Under the pieces are notes generated by a model. The model was not told the DNA's origin. It saw nothing but the letters and a program-made list of their open reading frames with translations, and did not search any database. A stretch of DNA of 64,000 nucleotides from Histomonas meleagridis 2922-C6/04-290x (taxonomy: Eukaryota > Protista > Parabasalia): assembly GCA_020184695.1 (NCBI GenBank), contig JAANOX010000083.1, positions 372,001-436,000 of the forward strand, written 5' to 3'. Each line of letters begins with the position of its first letter. Position 1 is the stretch's first letter. A program made the translations under genes and the position numbers. Positions 53,401 through 63,000 of this stretch are shown here, one piece after another.

Positions 53401-54276
53401 GTTTTTAGGATCTCCAAGATTAACTTGTTTCATTGATGAACCCGAGCAAATGAGTGCTTTAGAATGAACGGCATCGGCTTTGTTTGTGATGGTTGTGAAC
53501 ACTTGTCGATCTGTAGCAATTTCACCATCAAATCCAACTAATGATAATTTGCCTGTTGAAAATTGGACAAAAATATAACCACTGCTAAGTGTAAGACACT
53601 TAATGATTGTTCCTAAATCTGTGTCAAAAGGAATTTCGGTAACTTTATTGTTACTATATTCCCAAATATAAATCACTGGTTTGTTAGTTCCGGCAAATAT
53701 CATATGCATTTGTTGGTCCATTCGAATGAAATGGGGAAATGCTGGCGTATCATTGATCTCATGACGTGCAATAACTTCACCACGAACTGAATTAATACTA
53801 ACTGAATGGTCATCTGAACATAACGCAAGTTGTTTTTTGGTATTCCATATACCATCTGTAATTCTCCCGCAATGAGTTCCTTGATAAGTTTGAGCTTGTC
53901 CAGAATTCCGTTCCCATATCCAAAATTTCCCTTTATCAGAACCGGCAGCTAAATAAGATCCAGACCTAGAGAAAGAAATCCAAGTTGGTTCAAAAGGAGC
54001 TTCAACTTGATCGATTTCTCTTGTCATTAAGTTGAATAAAGTAATATCTGATATACCTTTTGAAGCAATTGCAAGTGCTTTGTTATCAGAATCCCAACTC
54101 ATTAGTTTGGGACTTTCGATTGGTACTGTCGAAAACTTTGATCCATTCCGATCATATATCAGAACTTGGTTCTTACTTCCAAAGCATGCAACCATTTTTG
54201 AGTCGCGACTCCAGCAGACTGTTGGCGATGAATTACGTCCTATTTCATTTTGATCTACTTTAAAAACGAGTTGCAT
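50407..54276 (-). CDS. WDR19: Intraflagellar transport protein 144 (WDR19)
   Basis: N-terminal WD40s (GTHCGRITDGIWN..QLAL), TPR-like solenoid, VECSRAGMKKSAF...LLQPEY...KIQTTVRR, and C-terminal CxxC zinc-ribbons. Likely start MQLVFK at 54276. Confidence 0.92.
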   Translation of the reverse strand: MQLVFKVDQNEIGRNSSPTVCWSRDSKMVACFGSKNQVLIYDRNGSKFSTVPIESPKLMSWDSDNKALAIASKGISDITLFNLMTREIDQVEAPFEPTWISFSRSGSYLAAGSDKGKFWIWERNSGQAQTYQGTHCGRITDGIWNTKKQLALCSDDHSVSINSVRGEVIARHEINDTPAFPHFIRMDQQMHMIFAGTNKPVIYIWEYSNNKVTEIPFDTDLGTIIKCLTLSSGYIFVQFSTGKLSLVGFDGEIATDRQVFTTITNKADAVHSKALICSGSSMKQVNLGDPKNITDDQIRFPSEFTGEVTTVLLSPDGTCGAVGISCGVVLIYLVEVPILTATKCQIAVYSDSLTTLIISDMHRKKTKKITIETQPQKLAICQTKLAVAFNNQCWFYDINNGSLLSNIELSSSVDSIQISDNAYAVLMSGKVMLTYFDQSKKPFIFPDSDIETKVTTFALAEYLLLIATDDGKVRMFNIQTESFVDGYKHPVSVTSITANLSETRFVFIDVQNNVFLFNPIKSTILSVSGTSKTIDCSTTLFDISDRNVFVTIGNKSVAIYHFTDQNVLGPQLKQIGHTNISSMKSALCLSNGNLTYLDSQSNEQTQIMPSHNEIENESEKAVLQLLNLQRNRKALQIALKLNNKELIKKVGQSSLDSLCVEIASEAFSQCGDASMRNVLQPIVKEREYSFLKGYVSMMNNDFGSAQKNFLESSRPQMALDMRASLLQFDYALKLAETLDPSRIPQLSHDSARQNELTGNYSLAIKQYKESIRCKPYARSSRDGIIRCLILAGKVEQGMQQLAKIKDVKLITECANILEKLSAFTHAAQLYVRVGEYNLAAQCYVRANEIKSATDLIPKVTDTKVLRSIGLQLERIGNLESAATAFEKSNDWESLVRVLLKINLDKAANVAREHPIISVCRLVAEHCIQLNNFRYAIEFMIRANRSDDAFRIAELHNKMDEFADLISDSGTQQQYEAIATYFCNRNDMIQAAKFFEKANNPMRALNCYISDGSDKALDGALDLAERIKDREIYEQLFDFLNANIRDKNKDLRYLLRMFIIMQRYDEASQTAIQISEDLRANGEYRASRDLLFDVMKQLQKHNYNVSAEMKKSLMIVHSYLLIKPMKEKNKVITALLLRRLSEYVNKFPKHSVNLLVMGVVECSRAGMKKSAFKIATKLLQPEYEGQLKQDMLRKIQTTVRRKDTSEIEEEKTKCPVCGFDLPISELVCTKCKTSLPFDAATGMHMTREDWCECPKCGMPSSFALMQQDKKCMLCGEEVPNPQLIVNPKIN

Positions 54277-54334
54277 GATAAATATACGTTTTTTTTTGAC
54301 GAAAACAAAAACATTCAAATTATTTTGACTTATT

Positions 54335-55459
54335 TTACTTATGTTTGGATTTTTTATAAATTAATGCATCATATGCAATACCATAATTATCTTCATAAGG
54401 TCTTTGTCGTTCTTTAATTTTGGACGGATATATTGGATGAATAATTTTCTCTTTATATGGGAATATGTCACCATATTCTGAATCTAATTCATAATCTCCT
54501 GTACAGCCATAACAACAACAACCACAGTCACAGTAACATTTTCCTTGTTTCCACATATCACACAAAACACCAATAATAAAAAATCCAACAACAGATCCAA
54601 TTACACTACAAACAACAGTAATCGTCTTATTTTTACCATCACTCGTTCCTTCAGATTCTTGACAATCTTCTTGTCCTTTTTGCACGGTGAATTTTCCAAA
54701 TTTATTCCCAATGACTATAATGTTATCATCAAATGCATCATCTGCAATAGTTGGCTCATACATATCCATATAATAAATACATCTTAATGAACTACATTGT
54801 GTAAACGCTTTTGAGTTAATATATGAAACATATTGAAGATTGACTGAGTATAATGATGTGCATAATTCAAACGCTGATTCGTGTATATTGTACTTTTTAC
54901 GTTTGAGTGTAATATCTGTTAATTTTATACAACCATAACATGTGAATGCTGAAATAGCTTTAGTATATAAAGAAAAAGTAATCTCTGTTAAAGAAAGTGC
55001 ACTCATAAAATGTATAATTTCCAAAATGAGTTACATCACTTAAATCAATTGATTGAAGACTTTTATAGTAACAAAAGCAATAATGATTAAATTTTTTTGT
55101 TTGCCTTCAATTTTAATTCTTTCAAGACTCTCGCATCCAAAAAATGCATAAGGACCTAATCCTGTACAAAAATATGGTATTTCAATTGATTTGATTCCGG
55201 TACAATAATAAAATGCATAATCATATATAGTAGTAATAGATGTAGACAATTCAATATCGGTCAATTTGTCCCAATGATAAAATGCTTTATTTCCAATAGC
55301 GTTAACACCTGAACCAATAATAAGCTCTGTAGTTGTTTCTTTATATGATTCGTAATCACCCTCTAAAATATATTCATCATTTTCAATTGTTAGAGTTTCA
55401 CAAAATGAGTTTATAAGTAATATTACAAAAAATATGAAATGCAATTGAGGGGGTGGCAA
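54335..55459 (-). pseudogene. BspA-like surface protein disrupted by a compensating -1/+1 frameshift pair (or assembly errors)
   Basis: Signal peptide and TpLRR in 55040..55459, and LRR-TM-tail in 54335..55024, are in the same frame. The roughly 105 nt between the indels read FNHYCFCYYKSLQSIDLSDVTHFGNYTFYECT only in a shifted frame. Confidence 0.8.
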
Positions 55460-55677
55460 AAATTAACATTCAAAATTAACCACATATTTCGCTTCATAAA
55501 CTCGTTAAATTACCGGCCAAAATGAATTCAAACTTCAATATAACGATACATTTTTCAAAAGAGAACGTTATAATTTTTTTGAGTTTATTTTATAAACTAA
55601 ATAATGATTGAAGTATAAGCAAAGTTACGTGTTAAATCCCTAATAAAAATGAATATTCTTTATCATTGTACAGTTTA

Positions 55678-58011
55678 TTATGTCAGAGATGCACCGATTA
55701 AAACAATCAATTTTTCATCTGCTTCTTTCAGTTGCCTAAAAACTGAGGAATAAGCAGATAATTCACTGCAATTTTCAACAGCTGAATAATAATCAGCTCT
55801 TGGAGAATTAGCAATAAGAAAATGAAATGCAGCTTCTTTTATATCATTTTCTTCTACTTGTTGCATTACCTTTACCCAATCCTCAGATGTTTTTGCAAAT
55901 TGTCTTAAGAATCTTAATGGAAATATTGTATCTCCAAATGTTTCAAGTGCTTCTTTATACCGTTTTGTTTTAGCAAAATTAATTCCTTTAACAATGTTCT
56001 TAATCGACCCAGGAACATCGTTCTCTAAAACGCTATACTCAGTTATACATTGCGCCACAAATTTCACCATTTCACTTCCCTCAATCCAACCGCAAAATTT
56101 TGGCACTTTTGGCCAATCCGAAAAGTGCCAATTCGCGTCGAGAAATTTTCCTGCGATTTCTAAAGCTTCTTGAACTCTTTCATGTAAAAAGAAGTAAGAA
56201 GCTTTTCTTTCATTAATATCCCATTCGTTGTTAGCGAATTCAGGCTTACCAATTCTCACCAAAGTTGAAGATGTTAAATCTTTTGAAATCATAGTTAATA
56301 ATTCATCATCTATTAACGTTAAAGTAGAATCAGGAATATTTAAGAACAATAGTTTTGCGTTTTCATGTTCATTTTCAACAGATGCTCTAATTGCTTTATA
56401 TAAATCTAATATCGAAGACTCTGGTAAGTTCACACTACACTTTAATTGTCTTGTTTGTATCAATTTCATCACAGCAACATCTGAAGGTTGAATCAGTAAA
56501 ATTTCACTTAACATTTCCGTTGTAATTTCTTCTTTTTTCAAATTTGTTTTCTCTATGAAATTTCTTTTAATTTTTGGGTTTAAATGGTTTATTTCATTCA
56601 ATGCCTTTTTTCTTTTTCTTTGACTTAATTTTCCTGTGTTAAACGCATAAGAGAGTAAAGACGCAGCTTCAGCGGGTTCATTTATCTTTTTCTTGTTTTT
56701 ACTCTTTAGTTTCTCCATTGCAATCTTATAAGCATTCTCCGCAAACAATGGATTACTTTGATTCATTAAAAAGAGTCCAATCATTTTTGTGTCAATTGAA
56801 GATGATTTAATTGCGGCTTTAATTAACACGTCGATCTTTTCGAATTTGAGGATATAAACTCCTGGCCCTTCATCAGACGTAGTAATGATAACGCAATAAT
56901 TATTATTCGCGCAGACGAATTTGATGTTCATCATTTTGATGTCATCGCATGCCAAAAGTTGTCCATATGAATAATCTAAACTTGATTTATCTGGATTTGG
57001 AATATACCGAATTTGATCTTTGTTATATAATATTAAAAAGTTTTCATTATATAATATATCAGTGACTCCATCACTTGTTTGAATCATTAATGGATCATAG
57101 ATTTCTTTGCCATTTTTATTAGTGCTACGTTTACATGATAGAATAGCATTGTTTGTGACTAAAATTAATGTCTGCGATGAGATAAATTGAATACTAATGG
57201 GTTCACCGGGTAAATGAAGACGAAAAACCGTAGTAACCGAAACGATATGATTAGGTAAATGACGTTCTAAAAAAGAAAAGTTTTTGTTCTCTTGTGAGAC
57301 ACCAAAATCAATGGTAAGTTGGTTTTCTTCTAGCTCATAACATTCTGAACCTGGAATATATGGAGTGGTATCATACTCTTGAGGTTCATTTGTTATTTTT
57401 AATAAAAAAAGATTGTTGTTGTTAACAAGTGCTAAACTATCACCAAGAAAACTAAATAAGGACGGTTTCATGGGAAATGGTGGTATGAGAATAAGTCTAA
57501 ATACGGGTTTATCATAGATATCCCATATAAGTGCAACAGAATCTGAAACTATAATAATGGAATTTCCATTAATTTGAGCAGTTGCACTGGTTCCTTTTTC
57601 AAAATTAGCTAATAATAATACTTGTAATTCATTTGGATTAAGATTAGGAAAATACCATTGAACTGGACTTATATAATTATCTGGTAAAATAATGCTATGT
57701 CGAGATTTTGATTCACCTTTTCTCCAATTTAATAATAACTTGAATTTTGTTCCATTTGAATCTCTTTCAAGAAATAAAATTGCATCATTTGATTCAGAAT
57801 ACCAAAGAGATTCTACATTTTCACTTTTAGTAAAAATTCTATGTGTTTCATTCAGTGGGTCTATCTTTTGAACCGAAATGTATTGTAAATCTTTATTTAA
57901 TAATATAAGTTCTTCATTATTTGTTAACCCAGCAGCTGTTGGACAGAACTGCTGAGTATTTTGTTTCGAATGAAAAGGGATTTGATTGACAACCTTTGGG
58001 AAATGAAACAT
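55678..58011 (-). CDS. HPS3: HPS3-like (BLOC-2 subunit) beta-propeller/solenoid protein
   Basis: VESLWYSESNDAILFLERDSNGTKFKLLLNWRKGESKSR matches the HPS3 N-terminal block ([40 protein letters not shown], recalled from human HPS3). Confidence 0.6.
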   Translation of the reverse strand: MFHFPKVVNQIPFHSKQNTQQFCPTAAGLTNNEELILLNKDLQYISVQKIDPLNETHRIFTKSENVESLWYSESNDAILFLERDSNGTKFKLLLNWRKGESKSRHSIILPDNYISPVQWYFPNLNPNELQVLLLANFEKGTSATAQINGNSIIIVSDSVALIWDIYDKPVFRLILIPPFPMKPSLFSFLGDSLALVNNNNLFLLKITNEPQEYDTTPYIPGSECYELEENQLTIDFGVSQENKNFSFLERHLPNHIVSVTTVFRLHLPGEPISIQFISSQTLILVTNNAILSCKRSTNKNGKEIYDPLMIQTSDGVTDILYNENFLILYNKDQIRYIPNPDKSSLDYSYGQLLACDDIKMMNIKFVCANNNYCVIITTSDEGPGVYILKFEKIDVLIKAAIKSSSIDTKMIGLFLMNQSNPLFAENAYKIAMEKLKSKNKKKINEPAEAASLLSYAFNTGKLSQRKRKKALNEINHLNPKIKRNFIEKTNLKKEEITTEMLSEILLIQPSDVAVMKLIQTRQLKCSVNLPESSILDLYKAIRASVENEHENAKLLFLNIPDSTLTLIDDELLTMISKDLTSSTLVRIGKPEFANNEWDINERKASYFFLHERVQEALEIAGKFLDANWHFSDWPKVPKFCGWIEGSEMVKFVAQCITEYSVLENDVPGSIKNIVKGINFAKTKRYKEALETFGDTIFPLRFLRQFAKTSEDWVKVMQQVEENDIKEAAFHFLIANSPRADYYSAVENCSELSAYSSVFRQLKEADEKLIVLIGASLT

Positions 58012-58047
58012 TTGCTGGTTGCCACTTTTGTGTAAGCATTATCGTGC

Positions 58048-58085
58048 GACGGTTTTCAGGATAAAAACGAACCCAATTAACGGTT
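58048..58085 (+). promoter_or_regulatory. Two M3-like RRCSGTT motifs in the 95-bp divergent promoter between the HPS3-like gene and CCT6
   Basis: GACGGTT at 58048 and AACGGTT at 58079, the latter ending 22 nt before the CCT6 ATG. Both match the Myb-bound trichomonad M3 core-promoter consensus. Confidence 0.5.
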
Positions 58086-58106
58086 TCTTCGGCCACTTTA
58101 CGGACA

Positions 58107-59699
58107 ATGGCAGCTGTTTCCCAGCTTAACCAACAGGCTGAACTTTACAGGCGTGATCAAGCCTTGACAATGAACTTGAACGCCTCTCATAGCTTAGCAG
58201 ATATCCTCAAAACAAATCTTGGCCCAGCAGGCACATTAAAAATGCTTGTTGGTGGTGCAGGTGATATCCAACTTACAAAAGATGGAAATGTTCTTCTTAA
58301 AAACCTCACCATCATCCACCCAACAGCTATGCTTATTGCACGTGCTGCTGTTGCTCAAGATGATAATACAGGCGATGGTACAACATCAACAATTGTTTTA
58401 ATCGATGGTATTCTTAAGAACTGTGAACGTCGTCTTGCTGAAGGTGTTCATCCACGTGTATTAACAAACGGTCTTGAAGAAGCTCGTGAAGAAGCATTAC
58501 GATTCCTTGATTCATTCAAAACTAAAATTGATCAAAACAATCGTGATGTTCTTCTTGAGGTTGCACGCACCTCAATTGGCACCAAACTTCCACAAGATTT
58601 AGTTAACCAATTAGCAGAGATTGTTACTGATGCTGTCTTAACAATCAAACCAGAGAAAGGACCAGCCGATCTTCTTATGGTTGAACAACTTTCCATGCTT
58701 ACCAAATTAGCAAATGATACTCAATTAGTCAAAGGTTTAGTATTAGATCATGGACTTCGTCATCCATTAATGAAGCGTAATCTTCATAACTGTTATATCT
58801 TAGCACTTAATGTCTCATTAGAATTTGAAAATACCGAAGTTAACACATCTCTTAATGCAACCAACGCAGTTAATCGCGAAAAACTTGTCAAAGCCGAACG
58901 TTCATTTGTTGACAAGAAGGTTCAAGCCATCATTGACTTAAAGAATGAAGTATGCAAGAATGGCGAAGATTTCCTTGTCATTAACATGAAAGGTATAGAT
59001 CCACCATCATTAGAAATGTTTTACAGAGCCGGAATTTCCGCATTACGTCGTGCCAAACGTCGTAATATGGAACGATTACATGAAGCATGTGGTACTATCG
59101 AAACAAACAGTGTCGAGAACCTCACCAAAGACTGCCTTGGATGGGCCGGACATGTCTGGGAGACTATTTTAGGCGAAGATCACTTTACATTTGTTGAAGA
59201 TTTGAAGAATCCAAAGTCCGTTTCCATCTTAATCAAAGGTCCAAACAGCCACACCATCAAACAAATGCAAGACGCTATCCGTGACGGACTTAGAGCTGTC
59301 AATAATGCAATTGCAGATGAGGCAGTCATTGTCGGAGCCGGCGCATTCGAAGCAGCGCTCTCTGCGCACTTACACGAGTACAAGAAGAACGTCGACGGAA
59401 AGAAGAGACTCGGCGTTGAAGCATTTGCTGAAGCTGTTTTGGAAATTCCTCGAGTTATCGCTCACAATGCTGGCCACGACGCTGTTGATGTCATAGTTGC
59501 ACTACAAAACGCCGCAGACAAAAAACAAATTGTTGGAATTGATATCGATAATGGTGAGATGATGGACCCGAAGACAAAAGGAATTTGGGACAATTATTGC
59601 GTGAAGAAGAATCAAATACAATCGGCTCCTTTGGTCGCTACACAATTGCTTTTGGTGGACGAGGTTTTGAAAGCAGGAAAATCAATGAATAAGCAGTAA
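58107..59699 (+). CDS. CCT6: T-complex protein 1 subunit zeta (CCT6)
   Basis: LKTNLGPAGTLKMLVGGAGDIQLTKDG, QDDNTGDGTTS, GLVLDHG, LLLVDEVLKAG. Confidence 0.96.
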   Translation: MAAVSQLNQQAELYRRDQALTMNLNASHSLADILKTNLGPAGTLKMLVGGAGDIQLTKDGNVLLKNLTIIHPTAMLIARAAVAQDDNTGDGTTSTIVLIDGILKNCERRLAEGVHPRVLTNGLEEAREEALRFLDSFKTKIDQNNRDVLLEVARTSIGTKLPQDLVNQLAEIVTDAVLTIKPEKGPADLLMVEQLSMLTKLANDTQLVKGLVLDHGLRHPLMKRNLHNCYILALNVSLEFENTEVNTSLNATNAVNREKLVKAERSFVDKKVQAIIDLKNEVCKNGEDFLVINMKGIDPPSLEMFYRAGISALRRAKRRNMERLHEACGTIETNSVENLTKDCLGWAGHVWETILGEDHFTFVEDLKNPKSVSILIKGPNSHTIKQMQDAIRDGLRAVNNAIADEAVIVGAGAFEAALSAHLHEYKKNVDGKKRLGVEAFAEAVLEIPRVIAHNAGHDAVDVIVALQNAADKKQIVGIDIDNGEMMDPKTKGIWDNYCVKKNQIQSAPLVATQLLLVDEVLKAGKSMNKQ

Positions 59700-60063
59700 A
59701 CCATTGAATTGGATTTGTGAATGGATAAAGCAGCGAAAAATTGATTGTATTCAAATTTGAAAGGCTAATCCAGCCAGACGGTTGTATCAAAAATGACGTC
59801 GAATCGCATAATATTATCAAAAAGTGAAAATCCTCTTGATCAAGAATTTCAAATTTTGAATAGTTAGGAAAATTCATATTTGAATACTTTTCACCACAAA
59901 TGCTGAATTTCACTTGACTATTCGCCTTTTTCATAATATAAACGGCGATAACATTCAAAATTTCTGATAGTAATCGGCTATATTGAATTTTGGATGAATT
60001 CTTCACCACAATGGACCGCCTTGAACAAAAATTAAATCTCAAAGTCTCAGCAGGAATTGCACA

Positions 60064-63000
60064 ATGTTGTTTTTATTATGCATCTACTCATCATGTGATA
60101 TTCTTAATGGTACAAAACAGGTGGTATTAACAACAAATAAATTTGATCAATTCAGCAAATTTAGATCCATTTTAAATAAATTATCAAAGATATTCCATAT
60201 AAAAAAATTACATGGGCAAAGAAAACTGAAAATATTTTTTTTCACTTGTTTTTGTTTATTAAGTCATTTTTTTGGAAACATGTTCAAAATATTTCCATAT
60301 TGTATTCCTTCCATCTTATCATTTGATTCGCTTATGTCCATCATAAATAATTCGCGTTATTTTGATTCACTATTTTCTAATATTAATATTAATGTTCAAT
60401 CTAAACATAATTGCTTACTTCCAAAATATTTCTTTCTCTTCTCTTATTTGTCATTATTTGTCTTAATAAGTCTTTTTATTATTATTATTTATTTGTTTTT
60501 ATTTAAAGTAATGAATTATTTTAAAATATTTTTAAGGAAAATACTTTATAAAGAAAAAATTAATCATAAAATTCTTCCAATTTTACTGATCCTTTTTTAC
60601 AAACAAGCATCAGAAATATGTTTTTCAAATTCTACACTTACAATAACCAATATTAGTGAATTTGATGAAATAAATCAATATAAAAGTCAAACAAAATACA
60701 TTAATTTTAGCGGTGATGTAATCATAATTCAGGAGAACTCTTTTTATGGATGGGATAATTTAACATCAGTAGAAATAGGTCAATCAGTCACTTCAATTGG
60801 TAATCATGCATTTTCGTTTTGCTTTAATCTTAAAACAGTTATAATTGGAGATCATGTAGAAACCATTGGAAATTTTGCATTTTCAAATTCATCATTATCA
60901 GATATCATCATTCCAGCATCAGTCACTTTTATTGGAGAAGGAGTTTTTGCAGGTTGTTCTGTTCTTAAATTTATTAATGTATCTGATAAAAATATGAAAT
61001 ATTCTTCAAATGATGGAATTCTTTATAATAATGATAATACTACTATTATTTGTTATCCTGCAGGAATTACTGCTGAAAAGTTTGAAATTCCTAATTCAAT
61101 TGTAACAATAGAATGTTATGCATTTTATCAATGTAACAATTTAAAAAATATTATTATTGGAAAAAATGTCACAATAATTGGAGAACATTCATTTTATAAA
61201 TGTTCAAATTTAATAAATATTTCAATTCCAGATTCGGTATCTACAATTGGAAGTTATGCATTTTATAAATGTTCAAAATTAGAAAAAATTACAATACCAG
61301 ATATGGTAACTTCAATTGAAAGTAATTTATTTGATGGTTGTAATGCATTATCATATGTATTAATTGGGGAAAATGTAAATGAAATTGGAAATTATGCATT
61401 TCATTATTGCTCTTCTTTAGAAAGTATTTCTATTCCAAATGAAGTGACTTCAATTGGTAATCATGCATTTTATTATTGCTCTTTTTTAGAAAGTATTTCC
61501 ATTCCTAATAAAGTAACTTCAATTGGTAATCATGCATTTTATTCTTGCAAGAAATTAGAAAGTATTTCTATTCCAAATGAAGTGATTTCAATTGGTAATC
61601 ATGCATTTTATTATTGCTATAATTTAAAAGCAGTTGTTATTGAAGATAATTCTAAATTACAAAATATTGGAAATAATGCATTTCAATCATGCGAAGCATT
61701 GGTTGATATGAGAATTCCTACATCAGTCACTTCAATTGGAGAAAGTGTTTTTGCAGGTTGTTCTGTTCTTAAATTTATTAATGTATCTGATAAAAATATG
61801 AAATATTCTTCAAATGATGGAATTCTTTATAATAATGATAATACTACTATTATTTGTTATCCTGCAGGAATTACTGCTGAAAAGTTTGAAATTCCTAATT
61901 CAATTGTAACAATAGAATGTTATGCATTTTATCAATGTAACAATTTAAAAAATATTATTATTGGAAAAAATGTCACAATAATTGGAGAACATTCATTTTA
62001 TAAATGTTCAAATTTAATAAATATTTCAATTCCAGATTCAGTATCTACAATTGGAAGTTATGCATTTCGCTTATGTACTAAATTAAAAAATGTTACTATA
62101 GGAAAAAATGTTACAGTAATTGGTGAATATTCATTTTATCAATGTAATTCTTTAGTAAATATTATAATACCTAATTTGGTCACTTCAATTGGAAATTCTA
62201 CATTTCACTCATGTTTCAAATTAGAAAGTGTTACTATAGGAAAAAATGTTATAGTGATTGGAGAACATTCATTTCATAAATGTTCAAATTTAACAAAAAT
62301 TACAATTCCAGATTCAGTTACTTCGATTGGAAATCATGCATTTTACTCATGTACAAAATTAGAAAGCATTATTATTGGAAAAAATGTTAAAGTAATTGGA
62401 GAACATTCATTTCATTCATGTAGTTCTTTAGTAAATATTACTATTCCAGATTCAGTTACTTCGATTGGAAATCATGCATTTTACTCATGTACAAAATTAG
62501 AAAGCATTATTATTGGAAAAAATGTTAAAGTAATTGGAGAACATTCATTTCATTCATGTAGTTCTTTAGTAAATATTACTATTCCAGATTCAGTTACTTC
62601 GATTGGAAATCATGCATTTTACTCATGTACAAAATTAGAAAGCATTATTATTGGAAAAAATGTTAAAGTAATTGGTGAATATTCATTTTATCAATGTAAT
62701 TCTTTAAGAAAGATTTCAATTCCAGATTCAGTAACTTACATTAAAAGTTATGCTTTTCATAAATGTGAAAACTTAATAACAGCAATCATTGGTGAAGGTA
62801 TAATATCAATTGGACTTTGTGCATTTCAAGATTGCAGCAATCTCAGCTGTATTTATTATAAAGGTGATACATTGCCATTTATAGATGCTTATGCATTTAG
62901 TGAAATCTCGACACAATATGTTATGACATCAAATATATATAATGATACAACATTCGGTAACCTTAATGTTTCCAAGGGATCATCGATCGGTGAATGTAAT

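Noticed and set aside
59638-60042. 134-aa minus-strand ORF between CCT6 and BspA
   Set aside because: TTG start, overlaps the CCT6 3' end, no recognisable motif; cannot be supported.
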